A DNA stretch of 64,000 bases from Candidatus Woesearchaeota archaeon (GCA_030651135.1 JAUSCS010000006.1:650160-714159), one strand, 5' to 3'; numbered from the stretch's first letter, positions 9,996-19,993 are shown. Notes: generated from the sequence alone by a model not told the origin. Numbers and translations: made by a program.

Positions 9996-10612
9996 CTTAG
10001 GTATTTTCTTATTTCATCAACACTAAATTGTCCCGCTGTTGTTTTTTTATCTTTGCTTAATGCAGCAAACGTCAGATAATTTTTTGGATGAATTCTTGTT
10101 CCTCTTCCTAATTCACCAATGCTGATTCCTATTATCGGCTTTTTTGCAAATCCAATTAACTGCATCATTCTTTTTACATCATCATATGTGTTTGCTTTAA
10201 CAGCTAACTTTGCAATGTCTGCGCCCTTAGCTGTAATTCTTTTATAAATTTCTCCGAGATTTTCAGGTGTTTTATTAATATCATGATATGCCACAATTAA
10301 TTTTGTCTTATCTCTTCTTAACAGATGAAAATAATTCAGCTCAACAGTAACATAATCCACGCCAAGATCGCATGCTTTCTGCAAATAAGCTGCTCTCTCA
10401 TTCTCGCTGCCTGAAAACCTTCCGCCTTCTTTCTTAGGCATACAGGTTAAAATAACTGGCTTTTCCGAACATTTTAAAAGTTCTTCTAAATCCTGTTTTT
10501 TTAAATAATCAAGCCTGATTTCAACAATATCTGCCTTTTCTGAAGCAATTTTTATACTTTTTATAGCTTCCTTAATTGTTTCTTCTCCAACAGATACAGC
10601 AACTAAGGTCAT
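9992..10612 (-). CDS. aroD: Type I 3-dehydroquinate dehydratase
   Basis: [28 protein letters not shown] (Schiff-base Lys), TAGQ. Confidence 0.8.
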   Translation of the reverse strand: MTLVAVSVGEETIKEAIKSIKIASEKADIVEIRLDYLKKQDLEELLKCSEKPVILTCMPKKEGGRFSGSENERAAYLQKACDLGVDYVTVELNYFHLLRRDKTKLIVAYHDINKTPENLGEIYKRITAKGADIAKLAVKANTYDDVKRMMQLIGFAKKPIIGISIGELGRGTRIHPKNYLTFAALSKDKKTTAGQFSVDEIRKYLR

Positions 10613-12138
10613 TGCATATTCACTCCGCTAAAATCATTCTTTATCTTGCTTTTATTGATTAATGTTTCCTTTACAACATCTTCAAAAAGCGGGATCTTTA
10701 CGGGAGTTGCGAATTTTGTGAAGTTGCTCGTTATCAGTGCCTCGCCTTTGTCAAGCGATGCTATATTCCTATCATCATCACTCAGATCCTGCGATGCAGA
10801 CTCAATTACAGCAAGCCTTTCGCTTTTCATCTCTATGCCGAGGATTATTTTTGTGTTTATATTGGCAAGAATTTCTTTTGGAATCAATGATGGAAGCTGT
10901 GTTATCGCAACCAAGCCTACTTTAAACTTTCTTCCTTCCCTTGCAATTGTTGAAAATATATTCGGGCCTTTTTCAAGCACATCCCTGCCAAGAACGCGAG
11001 GTGCTTCTTCCAGAATAATTGATATTATCGGCTTATCCTTAAGCTCGCCAGTCCTTTTATAGTTCTTGTATTTACTGAATATTTCAGACGCTATCATGCT
11101 GCCAATTAATATCTCAACTGCGCTGTCAAAATCTGAAGTGTCAACTATAACCGTCTTTGATTCTTCAAGCTCTTTTACAATGTCTTTTATTGTTGCTGAC
11201 CCGGCGTTCAATTCAAAGATCCCGGATGTTGTCAGCTGCACTCCGTCCCATTCAAGATCCAGCAGATTCATCAACTTTCTTTTCACAACTCCTACAGTCT
11301 GCTCTGCAAATCTTCCTTCAACCAGTTTCTCAAGTATTATTGCTTCAATCCAGCTGCCGCCGTATTTCTTGTTGAACATATCAAGGCAGTCTTTTTGCGG
11401 GTCGCTCCAGTCCACAACGCCGTTAAGGTGATGCGGCCTTATTGTTTCAAGATTTATCTTCAATGTCCTGCATCCTGGCGGAGCATCTTTTGAAGTGTAA
11501 TAAACAATTTTGTCTTTTGAAGGATGGTCCTTTAATCCAAGCTTATTTCTGCCGTAATACTCGTCGTGAGGGTCTAAAACCAGAATTCCGCAGTAATCCT
11601 TGTCAGCTGCATTCCACAGCATGATGCTTGTCAAATTAGATTTTCCCCTGCCCGTCGTAGCTGGAATTAAGATATGATGAGCGAATATTTCAGATCCATC
11701 AAGAACAATATCAACATCAACAATCTTTGATCCGCTCCTCAATTTTCCGATATACAACGGATTTTTCGGGATGCTGATAAACCCCAAGTCAGATTTTTCA
11801 ACAGCTCTTGTATTTGAAAAGAAATTCGGCAGCTCTTTGCACAAGCCGTGCTTATTATCTTTTATTGTCAATAAATTTTTAAGAAAAGCTACCCTGTAAT
11901 TCCTTATGTTTGCGTCCATAAATTCAGCGCTTGCATTTTCTTCAAGGTTCATGCCCGAAATAAGCTCAAGATTCTGCTGCGAGATCTGTGAGCTGTAATT
12001 AAGATCATAAACCTGGAGCAATACCTTGCCGCAGTCTATGTCGCCGATTAATAACTCCCCTATTTCAAGGCCAGCTCCAGCTTTCTCCCGCATTATTACA
12101 TTATTGAAGCTGCCCCCGATAACCATGCCTTTGATCAT
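10609..12138 (-). CDS. herA: HerA-family ATPase/helicase (DUF87)
   Basis: [14 protein letters not shown] (Walker A), LDPHDEY, IILEEA (Walker B), AREGRKF, TQLPS. Confidence 0.9.
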   Translation of the reverse strand: MIKGMVIGGSFNNVIMREKAGAGLEIGELLIGDIDCGKVLLQVYDLNYSSQISQQNLELISGMNLEENASAEFMDANIRNYRVAFLKNLLTIKDNKHGLCKELPNFFSNTRAVEKSDLGFISIPKNPLYIGKLRSGSKIVDVDIVLDGSEIFAHHILIPATTGRGKSNLTSIMLWNAADKDYCGILVLDPHDEYYGRNKLGLKDHPSKDKIVYYTSKDAPPGCRTLKINLETIRPHHLNGVVDWSDPQKDCLDMFNKKYGGSWIEAIILEKLVEGRFAEQTVGVVKRKLMNLLDLEWDGVQLTTSGIFELNAGSATIKDIVKELEESKTVIVDTSDFDSAVEILIGSMIASEIFSKYKNYKRTGELKDKPIISIILEEAPRVLGRDVLEKGPNIFSTIAREGRKFKVGLVAITQLPSLIPKEILANINTKIILGIEMKSERLAVIESASQDLSDDDRNIASLDKGEALITSNFTKFATPVKIPLFEDVVKETLINKSKIKNDFSGVNMQ

Positions 12139-12226
12139 AGAAGGAGTTATTTCTCTGTTGTTTTTATAGTTTTTGCTTTAAAATATGATTTAGAAATTAA
12201 AAAAATAAAAAAAAGAAACAGAAAAT

Positions 12227-12454
12227 TTATCTTCCTCTCGCCATCTTTGCGGCTGATACATTGCCTTTCTTGTCGATGAAGTACAAGTATCCTTTCTTTT
12301 TCGTGATGCTGCATTTTGCAACAACTTCAATCTTGGCCTTGCCCTTTTTCTTTCCGCGGGCCATCTTGGCTCTTGCTACGTTTCCTTTCTTGTCCACAAA
12401 ATACAGATATCCTTTTTCTTTCTTTACTCCAACTTTTGCTATTTGTTCTGCCAT
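12227..12454 (-). CDS. Small basic protein made of two tandem repeats (putative nucleic-acid binding)
   Basis: KxKGYLYF(V/I)DKKGNVxxAKMARG occurs twice. Strong AAGGAGGT SD upstream and T-rich tract downstream. Confidence 0.85.
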   Translation of the reverse strand: MAEQIAKVGVKKEKGYLYFVDKKGNVARAKMARGKKKGKAKIEVVAKCSITKKKGYLYFIDKKGNVSAAKMARGR

Positions 12455-12573
12455 TTATACCTACCTCCTTTTATTTTATGGTTAATAAGACACACCCCCT
12501 ATGATGTTAGTCTTATGTTTTAAATAATAAGCCAGCTTATTTAAATACTTTTCGATTTTACGTCTATAAATCA

Positions 12574-13281
12574 TTATTTTCTCGTCTCGATCTTTATTAT
12601 TTTGTTGATCTCTTTTGAGGAGACGGCGCAGCCCCTGACTTTCAACCCCCACAATACAGCATCCAGAAGGGTTTTTTCAGGTTCAGGAATTGTTTTTATG
12701 ATGTATTTATCCAAAAATCCCAATTCATAAGCAACAGCAATCAATTCAACAGACCTTATTATTTTTAGATTTTCAGTTTCTTTTCTGAATTTTGAAAGGG
12801 CTTCTTTGTTTATTTCTATCTTCGTGTTTAGTTTGTTTTTCAGCAGTTTTGCCAATCTTTCAGGATTTTCTATCAAAAGCCTGACTGTTCTCTCATCTAT
12901 TATTAAGGCTTCAGCATCAAGAACAATGGTTGCTGCTATTGACATAGCATCGCCCAAATGGACAATATTGATGTAATTGTTTTGCGCAGTGAAGCAATGA
13001 TTGGCCAGATCCAGCAGCTCCATTCCCTTGTTTTTTATCTTTTCATTTTCGACGACATTCAGTACACCTTTGTTTATCAGATCCAGCACCTGTATTGCTT
13101 CAAACTCGAATCTTTTTGTGTTTAAAGGCCGGTCAACAAGCTCGTATTTTATCATATTTGCTATATAAAATTCACCTTTAAAATTTTCTTTCAGCTTTTC
13201 CATGATCCACAATAAGCTGTTAACGCTTAAGCTTATTATCGGGCCGCTGTCAAAAACCAATGATCTCATATCAAGCACCAA
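12574..13281 (-). CDS. PIN-like (DUF3368-type) domain protein
   Basis: LVFDSGPIISL…GDAMSIA…LIIDERTVR acidic PIN-like pattern. Confidence 0.6.
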   Translation of the reverse strand: MVLDMRSLVFDSGPIISLSVNSLLWIMEKLKENFKGEFYIANMIKYELVDRPLNTKRFEFEAIQVLDLINKGVLNVVENEKIKNKGMELLDLANHCFTAQNNYINIVHLGDAMSIAATIVLDAEALIIDERTVRLLIENPERLAKLLKNKLNTKIEINKEALSKFRKETENLKIIRSVELIAVAYELGFLDKYIIKTIPEPEKTLLDAVLWGLKVRGCAVSSKEINKIIKIETRK

Positions 13282-13810
13282 AAATATTTCTTGCCAATTC
13301 GAGCCTCTTTTTTATATCAGTTATTTTGCCTTCTTCTGTTATGCTGGTCTTTCCTATATAGCTCATCAGCTCCCACTGGGATATACCCAATAGCTCAGAA
13401 GCCTGGGCAATAGAAAGTCCATGCTCATACAGTTTGCTGCCTTTCTTTACCTCAGCCTGCTTTATAACCTCATCTATATACTGTTTTAATTTAACATCAA
13501 CCTTGGAAATTAACTCGAGGATATTCTTAATGGCATCCTGGTATTCTTTTGTTTTATCTTTAATTAAAAGGTCATAAGCATCTTTTAATTTTTTCACTAT
13601 TTCTGCATCAATGCTGCCTGTTCTCTCCATTATTTTTGACATGGCGTATATTATAATTGCAATCGAGATGGAATCCCTGTCCTGGAATATGGATGCATTA
13701 TGTATTGTATGGTTGCTTATCTTTTTAAGATCAACAAAATTTTTTTGCCCTATAAGAATAAGTCCGTCATCAATGATCTTAAGTATGTCTTTTTTGACTA
13801 TCTTATTCAT
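13271..13810 (-). CDS. Hypothetical protein with C-terminal UPF0175-like HTH
   Basis: LYEHGLSIAQASELLGISQWEL. Adjacent to and co-oriented with the PIN-like gene. Confidence 0.6.
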   Translation of the reverse strand: MNKIVKKDILKIIDDGLILIGQKNFVDLKKISNHTIHNASIFQDRDSISIAIIIYAMSKIMERTGSIDAEIVKKLKDAYDLLIKDKTKEYQDAIKNILELISKVDVKLKQYIDEVIKQAEVKKGSKLYEHGLSIAQASELLGISQWELMSYIGKTSITEEGKITDIKKRLELARNIFGA

Positions 13811-13879
13811 AAGTTAATTTTTTAATTTTGGATTATTTAAAGGTTATTGTTTTAAACCCGCTAGTTAGAATTCAAACTA

Positions 13880-13981
13880 TTACTTTCTTGCTCTTCTTCT
13901 CTTCTCGCGCTTCATTCTCTTGCGCTGCCACTTCCATCGCATTTGCCTTTTCTTCTTCCATCTACGTGAGCTTCTTTTCAT
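13880..13981 (-). CDS. rpl41e: Ribosomal protein eL41 (33 aa)
   Basis: Read manually: MKRSSRRWKKKRQMRWKWQRKRMKREKRRRARK, containing the MRWKW.RKRM.R.KRRR motif. Confidence 0.85.
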   Translation of the reverse strand: MKRSSRRWKKKRQMRWKWQRKRMKREKRRRARK

Positions 13982-14050
13982 AGCGTTCGAAATAAGGGGT
14001 TTCTATTTAAATGTTTTTATTTTGTTAAGTGCACTTTTTAACTAATGAAA

Positions 14051-14244
14051 GCGCCGACTATGGCGGTGCGACGGATATTTTCCTGCGGAAAATGTCCTAC
14101 GCGACAGCCCGTAGGGCGCAACCCCAGTCGCGCCGCACGCCACGTCGGCGCTGACCTGACGGGGGATGTCCCTTACGGGGTGGCAGGTAGCACAAGCGAA
14201 TGTAATGAGCTTGTGCGTCAGCCGCCGTTGTGGTGGCGTGCGGC
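14051..14244. ncRNA. GC-rich highly structured element of unknown class (ncRNA or repeat element)
   Basis: Sharp GC island with pairings 14051-58/14144-51 and 14132-43/14233-44 (12 bp perfect), plus hairpins GGATATTTTCC/GGAAAATGTCC and GCACAAGC/GCTTGTGC. Confidence 0.5.
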
Positions 14245-14368
14245 TATGAAGTTTAAAATTTTACTTTACATATTTTGCATTTATCCGCCAAATCACCAAA
14301 ATCTTTATATATTAGTTATTATTATGAAATGGAAACAATAGATAATTACTTCAAAATGGGGTGGAAAC

Positions 14369-15628
14369 ATGAGGGGTGTAAGATATTTAATTTTGTTGAG
14401 TGTAGTTCTACTGTTAGCTGGCTGCTATAAATATCCAGATTATTTTCCTGGATTGGTTCCTGCTTCGAATGGAACAGGCATTATAGCGCCTTTAAATGCA
14501 ACGCCGCCAGTAAGTGAAGATGTAACCGCAAACATAACTCCTCAGCCTGAAGAGCCCCCGCAGGAGCTGGCAGCATTGACAACTATTTCAGTCAGCGAAG
14601 GCGATTTAGTGAAGCTAAAGCTTGTTGCAGCTGATCCAGACGGCGATGCCCTAACATATACCTATGGCCCGCCATTGAACGAGAAGGGAGAATGGCAGAC
14701 AAAATTGGGTGATATGGGGGAATACAGGGTGACAATAACAGTTTCTGATGGAACAACAGGCGTTTCAAAAGACATCACAATAATTGTAAAGAAAACAAAC
14801 AAGGCTCCAGCAATTACGTCATTCAAGCCTTCTGATTTGATAGCGAACAGCGATGAAGGAAAAACAACTGAATTTAAAGCAGAAGCCACTGACCCGAATA
14901 AGGATGCATTGACATATTTATGGAAAGTTGATGATAAAGAAGTGTCAACTAAGGACTTTTACCTGTATGATCTAAGCTATGACTCTGCAGGCCAGCACAA
15001 AGTAACTGTCGTCATTTCAGATGGCGCTTTGGAAGCATCGAAGGAATGGATAGTTAATGCTGCAAATATCAACAGGCCGCCAGTAATTCAGGACATGGAT
15101 CTGATAAAAGTGAAGGCAAGCGAAACAGTTGAAGTAAGGCCTGTTGTGGTTGACCCAGACGGCGACAAGGTTGATATTACAATATCTGCTCCTTTGACAA
15201 CAGGAACGTGGAAAACCAGCTACAGGGATGCAGGAACTTACACAATAACAGTATCTGCTTCAGACGGCAAGGATATTGCAACAAAGACAGTTGCAATTGA
15301 TGTTATTGAAAGCAACAAGCTGCCTGTGCTGAATAAGATAGATGACATTTCAGCAAATGAAGGTGATATTGTGAAAATCAACGTAGATGCAGCTGATTCA
15401 GATGGCGATGAATTGACAATAACAGTAAGCGGATGGGTGACTTCAACAACTTATCAAACAACATATGATGACGCGTATCCGAAAGGATGCAATGCAAAAG
15501 GATGCACAGCAACATACAATGCAAGGGTTACAGTAAGCGACGGCAAGGAGAGTGTCAGCCAGGATCTGAAGATCTCGGTGAAAGATGTCAACAGGCCGCC
15601 TGTAATCGGCGACATTACGCAAAGTTAA
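14369..15628 (+). CDS. Lipoprotein with cadherin/Ig-like (PKD-type) repeats
   Basis: Lipobox LLAGC. Repeated DPDGD…VSDG…N(R/K)xP modules. Confidence 0.8.
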   Translation: MRGVRYLILLSVVLLLAGCYKYPDYFPGLVPASNGTGIIAPLNATPPVSEDVTANITPQPEEPPQELAALTTISVSEGDLVKLKLVAADPDGDALTYTYGPPLNEKGEWQTKLGDMGEYRVTITVSDGTTGVSKDITIIVKKTNKAPAITSFKPSDLIANSDEGKTTEFKAEATDPNKDALTYLWKVDDKEVSTKDFYLYDLSYDSAGQHKVTVVISDGALEASKEWIVNAANINRPPVIQDMDLIKVKASETVEVRPVVVDPDGDKVDITISAPLTTGTWKTSYRDAGTYTITVSASDGKDIATKTVAIDVIESNKLPVLNKIDDISANEGDIVKINVDAADSDGDELTITVSGWVTSTTYQTTYDDAYPKGCNAKGCTATYNARVTVSDGKESVSQDLKISVKDVNRPPVIGDITQS

Positions 15629-15668
15629 TTTTATTTTTTTTATTTATTTTTATGGGGGTAAGGCGCTA

Positions 15669-17084
15669 ATGAAGAAATTACTTATTGCAATAGTTTTAAT
15701 GTTAGTATTATCTTTTTCTGTATTCGCTGTTACAAATCTTACAGTTGATGAAGGAAAGCTGCTGAAAGTCAAAGTAAATACTTATGATCCTGACAAGGAC
15801 AAGCTGACAATAAACTATGCATCACCTTTAAACTCGAAAGGAGAATGGAGGCCGGATTTTAATCAGTCAGGGGATTACAAAAGCTTTGTTTCTGTGTCTG
15901 ACGGCGAGTTTGTCATCTCAGATGAGCTAAACATAAAAGTCATAGATATTGACAGGCCGCCAATATTTAATCCAGTCAGGATTGCTGCTGTGAATGAGAC
16001 GCAGGAAGTTTCGTTTGATGCAAGCGCTTACGATCTTGACGGTGATTTTATTACAATAAGCGCAGTAAGCCTGCCGGAAGGCGCAATTTTCTCCAATAAT
16101 CATTTTTCTATGCCTACAAGCTATGACGCAGTCAAAAAGAACTGGTTTTCCAGATTGATAGATAATCTGCCGTTTGTTAAAATAAGCAAAACATTTGATG
16201 TAAAATTAAAGGCAATCGGCAGGACAGCATATTCTGAAAAGAATTTCAAAGTAAAGGTTTATGATGTCAACAGGCAGCCTGTTTTGGCTGCTCTTGCGCC
16301 GATAACAGTCAATGAAGGCGAAGAGGTTGTAATTAATCCCTCTGCAGCAGATCCTGACAATGATAAAATAAAATACAGCTACAGCGGATGGATGGATTCA
16401 AATAAAAAAATAACCGGCTATGATGATGCCGGAGTGCAGATTATAACTGTAAAGGCATCTGACGGATTTTTATCTGATTCAAAAGATGTTTCTGTAATTG
16501 TGAACAATGTAAACAGAGCTCCTGTATTTGATCCGATAAAGAATGCTGCTGTTAAGGAAGGCGATGAGATTATTATCGATCTTAAAGCAGCTGACCCAGA
16601 TGGCGATGCCCTGATATTTTCCTCTCTAAATATTCCCTATAATTCAACCTTGACTGAGAACAGGTTTATCTACACGCCAAGTTATGACGTTGTAACGCAC
16701 GAAGATGCCAAAACAAGGCAGAAGAAATTCAATATTACATTCACGGCAAGAGACAGCAGCGGCCTTAATGCAACGCAAAATTTCACATTAACAGTCAAGG
16801 ATTTTAATAGGGCGCCTGTTATAAATGATTCTGAGCCTAGCGGAGAAAAGATAAAAGCATATGTCGGCGCAAAGGTAAGGTTCAGCGTAAATGCCTCAGA
16901 CCCTGATGATGACAATCTGACTTATTCATGGCATTTTGGATTTCTGGATACGCGCAAAGGAAAAGACGCAATAACGATGAAGTTCACATCATCAGGGACA
17001 AAGAAGATCGCAGTGACAGTTTCAGACGGCCAGACAACAGCGAAGAAAGAATGGATTGTTGAAGTGCTGTCGAAGAAGAAATAA
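15669..17084 (+). CDS. Secreted cadherin/Ig-like repeat protein
   Basis: Signal peptide and the same DPD.D…SDG…NRAP repeats. Paralog of the upstream gene. Confidence 0.8.
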   Translation: MKKLLIAIVLMLVLSFSVFAVTNLTVDEGKLLKVKVNTYDPDKDKLTINYASPLNSKGEWRPDFNQSGDYKSFVSVSDGEFVISDELNIKVIDIDRPPIFNPVRIAAVNETQEVSFDASAYDLDGDFITISAVSLPEGAIFSNNHFSMPTSYDAVKKNWFSRLIDNLPFVKISKTFDVKLKAIGRTAYSEKNFKVKVYDVNRQPVLAALAPITVNEGEEVVINPSAADPDNDKIKYSYSGWMDSNKKITGYDDAGVQIITVKASDGFLSDSKDVSVIVNNVNRAPVFDPIKNAAVKEGDEIIIDLKAADPDGDALIFSSLNIPYNSTLTENRFIYTPSYDVVTHEDAKTRQKKFNITFTARDSSGLNATQNFTLTVKDFNRAPVINDSEPSGEKIKAYVGAKVRFSVNASDPDDDNLTYSWHFGFLDTRKGKDAITMKFTSSGTKKIAVTVSDGQTTAKKEWIVEVLSKKK

Positions 17085-17085
17085 T

Positions 17086-17703
17086 TTATTTCAGCACTTT
17101 CCCTGTTTTATTGCTCCAGAACAACAGATCAAGCTCGTCAACTGGTATTTTTACTTTTTTGGCAAATCCTTTTATTTTGTTTTCAATTTCAAGGTATTCC
17201 TTTTTGTTTTTGGGCCTTTTGTTGCTTTTCAAAACACCATGTTCCTTTAAGCAGTTCAATATGTGCCCGTCTATTATCGCCAATCCTTTATAGCCGATAT
17301 TTCTTAAAAAATGCGATGCTTCCTTAAAGCTCAATCCTTTGATGTTTTCAACAAGAAAATCTCGTGCTTCATCAGGATTTTTTGAAAGTCTTTTTAGGTT
17401 TTTTAACGCTCTTCTTGCCTCAATTATGTATCTCGACTTATTTTTGTGGAATCTTACATGCCTTATTAACAGATTTTCAAGCTCTTTTTGGCCTTTTTTC
17501 AATAAAACATTTTTATTCTGGGAAGTTATAACCTGGATTACCCTCTCTGCCTTGCTCAGCGGAGTGCATAAGCAATAGCAAAGCTCAACAAAAAGTTCTT
17601 CAATATTTTTCTTGCCGGTTTTTTCAAATTCGTTTAATCTTTTTTTTATTTCAGAGCTTTTATTCTTATGCTGCTTTTTTAAATGTTTAATTGTTTTTTC
17701 CAT
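17086..17703 (-). CDS. ogg: 8-oxoguanine DNA glycosylase/AP lyase (OGG2 type)
   Basis: IKGLSFKEASHFLRNIG (HhH), LAIIDGHIL, C-terminal LDLLFWS.KTGKVLK. Confidence 0.9.
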   Translation of the reverse strand: MEKTIKHLKKQHKNKSSEIKKRLNEFEKTGKKNIEELFVELCYCLCTPLSKAERVIQVITSQNKNVLLKKGQKELENLLIRHVRFHKNKSRYIIEARRALKNLKRLSKNPDEARDFLVENIKGLSFKEASHFLRNIGYKGLAIIDGHILNCLKEHGVLKSNKRPKNKKEYLEIENKIKGFAKKVKIPVDELDLLFWSNKTGKVLK

Positions 17704-18014
17704 TTGTCAAATCCCCTGACTTTTCCATTGTAAACTTTAACTAATTCATTATAAAGCCCTTTAATAACATCCGAATTGCTTTCAATGAACCCATCGGCAA
17801 TATGCTCGTTGAATTTAAACTTTTTGCCGTATGCTGTTCCAATATAGACTTTTTCAAGCTTCAACATAAGATAAGGCGGGCAAAAATTTCTGCCAAGCCC
17901 ATTTTCAAACTCTACATCAAACCTTCTGCATACATCACTTACTTGTATTATTTTGTCGATAGATATATTATCACCTTTCTCGATAAGCTCCTTTATGCCA
18001 GGCAGCCCAATCAT
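17679..18014 (-). CDS. Hypothetical protein
   Basis: 111-aa ORF overlapping the endoQ stop, co-oriented. Confidence 0.55.
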   Translation of the reverse strand: MIGLPGIKELIEKGDNISIDKIIQVSDVCRRFDVEFENGLGRNFCPPYLMLKLEKVYIGTAYGKKFKFNEHIADGFIESNSDVIKGLYNELVKVYNGKVRGFDKWKKQLNI

Positions 18015-19273
18015 TTTATAAACTCTCCAAGCCCTTTCTGAACTTTTTTCTCTTCTTTGAATTCTTTTGGTTTTGTGTTATCAAAAACCGGATATCCATA
18101 TTCCCCGTCATAGCCTGGCTGTATTTTTATTTTTTCATTTCTGTTGTCGATGATCGCCTTTGCAGCCTTTTCATCAACGATTTTAAGCAGATCTTTCTCT
18201 TCAGCATTTAATAAAATATTAAACTCATTCCCAAACTGGGCAATTAAGTCATTGAAAATCTTCCATGTCTTTGCAGTAGCTATCCCGGATCCAATGACTG
18301 CAGATATTATCTCTGACAATGGAATTAGTTTTTTGAATGGAACTGCATCTTTTGGAACAAAACCTTCAGGCCTGTCTGCCAGTTCTTCAATGCGGTGCGC
18401 CACTCCTATAATCAGTTTTCTGCCGCATTTCGGGCAGATATTTTTGATTTTTATTGATTCTGAGGGAGACATGCACACGTGGCAGAGCCTATGCCCGTTG
18501 TAATGGTATTTTCCATAGCCAGGATCAACTTCAACAGTCTCCTTAAATCCTTGTTTTGTTCTTATGGCATTGATTATATTTTTATAAGTTAACTCTTTCA
18601 GTTCGAAAACATTTGCTTCCCTTCCAATGCGCCATGGCCAGTAAGAATGCGAGTCAGAGTTTGAAACAAGCGAGAATTTATCTAATTTTGATAATCGCCA
18701 GTTCATTGCAGGATCGCTTGACATCCCGGTTTCCAAAGCATGAATGTATTTTGTCTTTTCCATAAAGCATTCTTCGACTGAATCAAAGCCGGACATTGAG
18801 CCGAATATCGCGAACCAAGGTGTCCATACATGTGCCGGTATGATCTCAATATCACTGTCAATCTTCATCAAATCATCGACTAATTCAATGCAAGAGTAAG
18901 ATCCGAAAATCGGCCTTCCGTCTGCTTTCAGCTTGCCTTTTTTCGACAGCAGTTCGTTTATTTGATCAACAACTTCAAAGCTTTTGGCAAGCAATATATT
19001 ATGGACTTTCCTTAATTTATTACCTTGATTGTAAATATTGCTGACTTCTGCCTGAAGAACAAAATTAAACCCAGTCTTTGTCTTTAAAATGCCTGTTTCA
19101 TCTTCAGTTAGCTCTTTTTTCAATTCAGCAAGCCATTCTGGATGCGTAAAGTCGCCTGTTCCAAAAACATCTAAGCCTTTTATTCTGGCGTATTTCTCAA
19201 GGTTCGGAATAGTAAGATCTTTGCTTGTTGCCCTTGAGAAGCGGCTGTGCAGATGCAAGTCAGCTATTATCAT
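18011..19273 (-). CDS. endoQ: Endonuclease Q family protein (PHP + Zn finger)
   Basis: ADLHLHSRFSRATS, GTGDFTHP, PAHVWTPWF, SNSDSHS, GKYH, CxxC pairs. Start trimmed to MIIADLH. Confidence 0.88.
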   Translation of the reverse strand: MIIADLHLHSRFSRATSKDLTIPNLEKYARIKGLDVFGTGDFTHPEWLAELKKELTEDETGILKTKTGFNFVLQAEVSNIYNQGNKLRKVHNILLAKSFEVVDQINELLSKKGKLKADGRPIFGSYSCIELVDDLMKIDSDIEIIPAHVWTPWFAIFGSMSGFDSVEECFMEKTKYIHALETGMSSDPAMNWRLSKLDKFSLVSNSDSHSYWPWRIGREANVFELKELTYKNIINAIRTKQGFKETVEVDPGYGKYHYNGHRLCHVCMSPSESIKIKNICPKCGRKLIIGVAHRIEELADRPEGFVPKDAVPFKKLIPLSEIISAVIGSGIATAKTWKIFNDLIAQFGNEFNILLNAEEKDLLKIVDEKAAKAIIDNRNEKIKIQPGYDGEYGYPVFDNTKPKEFKEEKKVQKGLGEFIK

Positions 19274-19375
19274 GAGAAACAGGAAAACGCTTTTATATAA
19301 AAACGTTCCTACAAAAACTATATAAACAACCCCATATTCAACTATCATAATTCAACTAATCGGAGGTCAAACAAA

Positions 19376-19420
19376 ATGTGTGGAACATGCGGCTGCGGCG
19401 GAAAGAAAGGGAAGAAGTAA
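19376..19420 (+). CDS. 14-aa Cys-rich micropeptide MCGTCGCGGKKGKK
   Basis: GGAGGT SD at 19362-67, TATA-like upstream, T-rich tract downstream. CxxCGC motif. Confidence 0.6.
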   Translation: MCGTCGCGGKKGKK

Positions 19421-19592
19421 GTGTTTTTATTGTTACTTAAAAGTAGTTAAAAATAGAAAGATTTAAATACTAGTTCTGCTTAGTGCATTACAGGCAAATA
19501 TTGCTTTATCACGATGAAAACAAATAAAGCCGCCTGAGGGTTAGTTCTTAAAGCACCCCCGTGTTTGCCCTTAGGCGCTTTTATAATCAAAA

Positions 19593-19958
19593 ATGGCAAA
19601 AATACTTATTGTTGAGAATGATGCTGATCTGACTTTCATGTACGTAACAAGATTTGGGAGTATGGGCCATGATGTTCTTGCTGCATCAACTATTGATGAC
19701 GGGATTAAAATGTATGATGAACAAAATCCTGATTTGATTATCTCAGATTACAGGTTCAATGAGAAGACGGGCAAGGATTTATTTAACTATGTGAGAGAGG
19801 GAGATAAAAAAAATGGGAGGCACACGCCTTTTATTCTGGTATCTGGCAAAGAAAGGGAATTCAAACCAGATAAATTCTTGATGAAGCCTTTTGACGGCAA
19901 GGATCTGTGTAATGTTGTCGACACGCTTCTAAAAAATAAACATCTTTCTCAAAAATAA
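19593..19958 (+). CDS. Stand-alone response regulator receiver (CheY-like)
   Basis: KILIVEND, PDLIISD (phospho-Asp), ILVSG, KPF. Confidence 0.88.
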   Translation: MAKILIVENDADLTFMYVTRFGSMGHDVLAASTIDDGIKMYDEQNPDLIISDYRFNEKTGKDLFNYVREGDKKNGRHTPFILVSGKEREFKPDKFLMKPFDGKDLCNVVDTLLKNKHLSQK

Positions 19959-19993
19959 AAGGATTTATAAATTCTTTTCATTCTCTGTTAAAA

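Noticed and set aside
8784-12138. HerA as an anti-phage system (Sir2-HerA, DUF4297-HerA)
   Set aside because: The partner is a Mre11-type nuclease, consistent with housekeeping DNA-end resection. No defence effector is adjacent.
14051-14244. tRNA, SRP RNA or RNase P RNA assignment
   Set aside because: No T-loop/anticodon cloverleaf, no SRP helix-8 motif, and only a weak likeness (GCGGAAAATGTCC) to RNase P CR-I with no CR-V.
14045-14341. 98-aa ORF across the GC-rich element
   Set aside because: Composition is atypical and it has no SD or motif. It is better explained as a by-product of the structured GC island.
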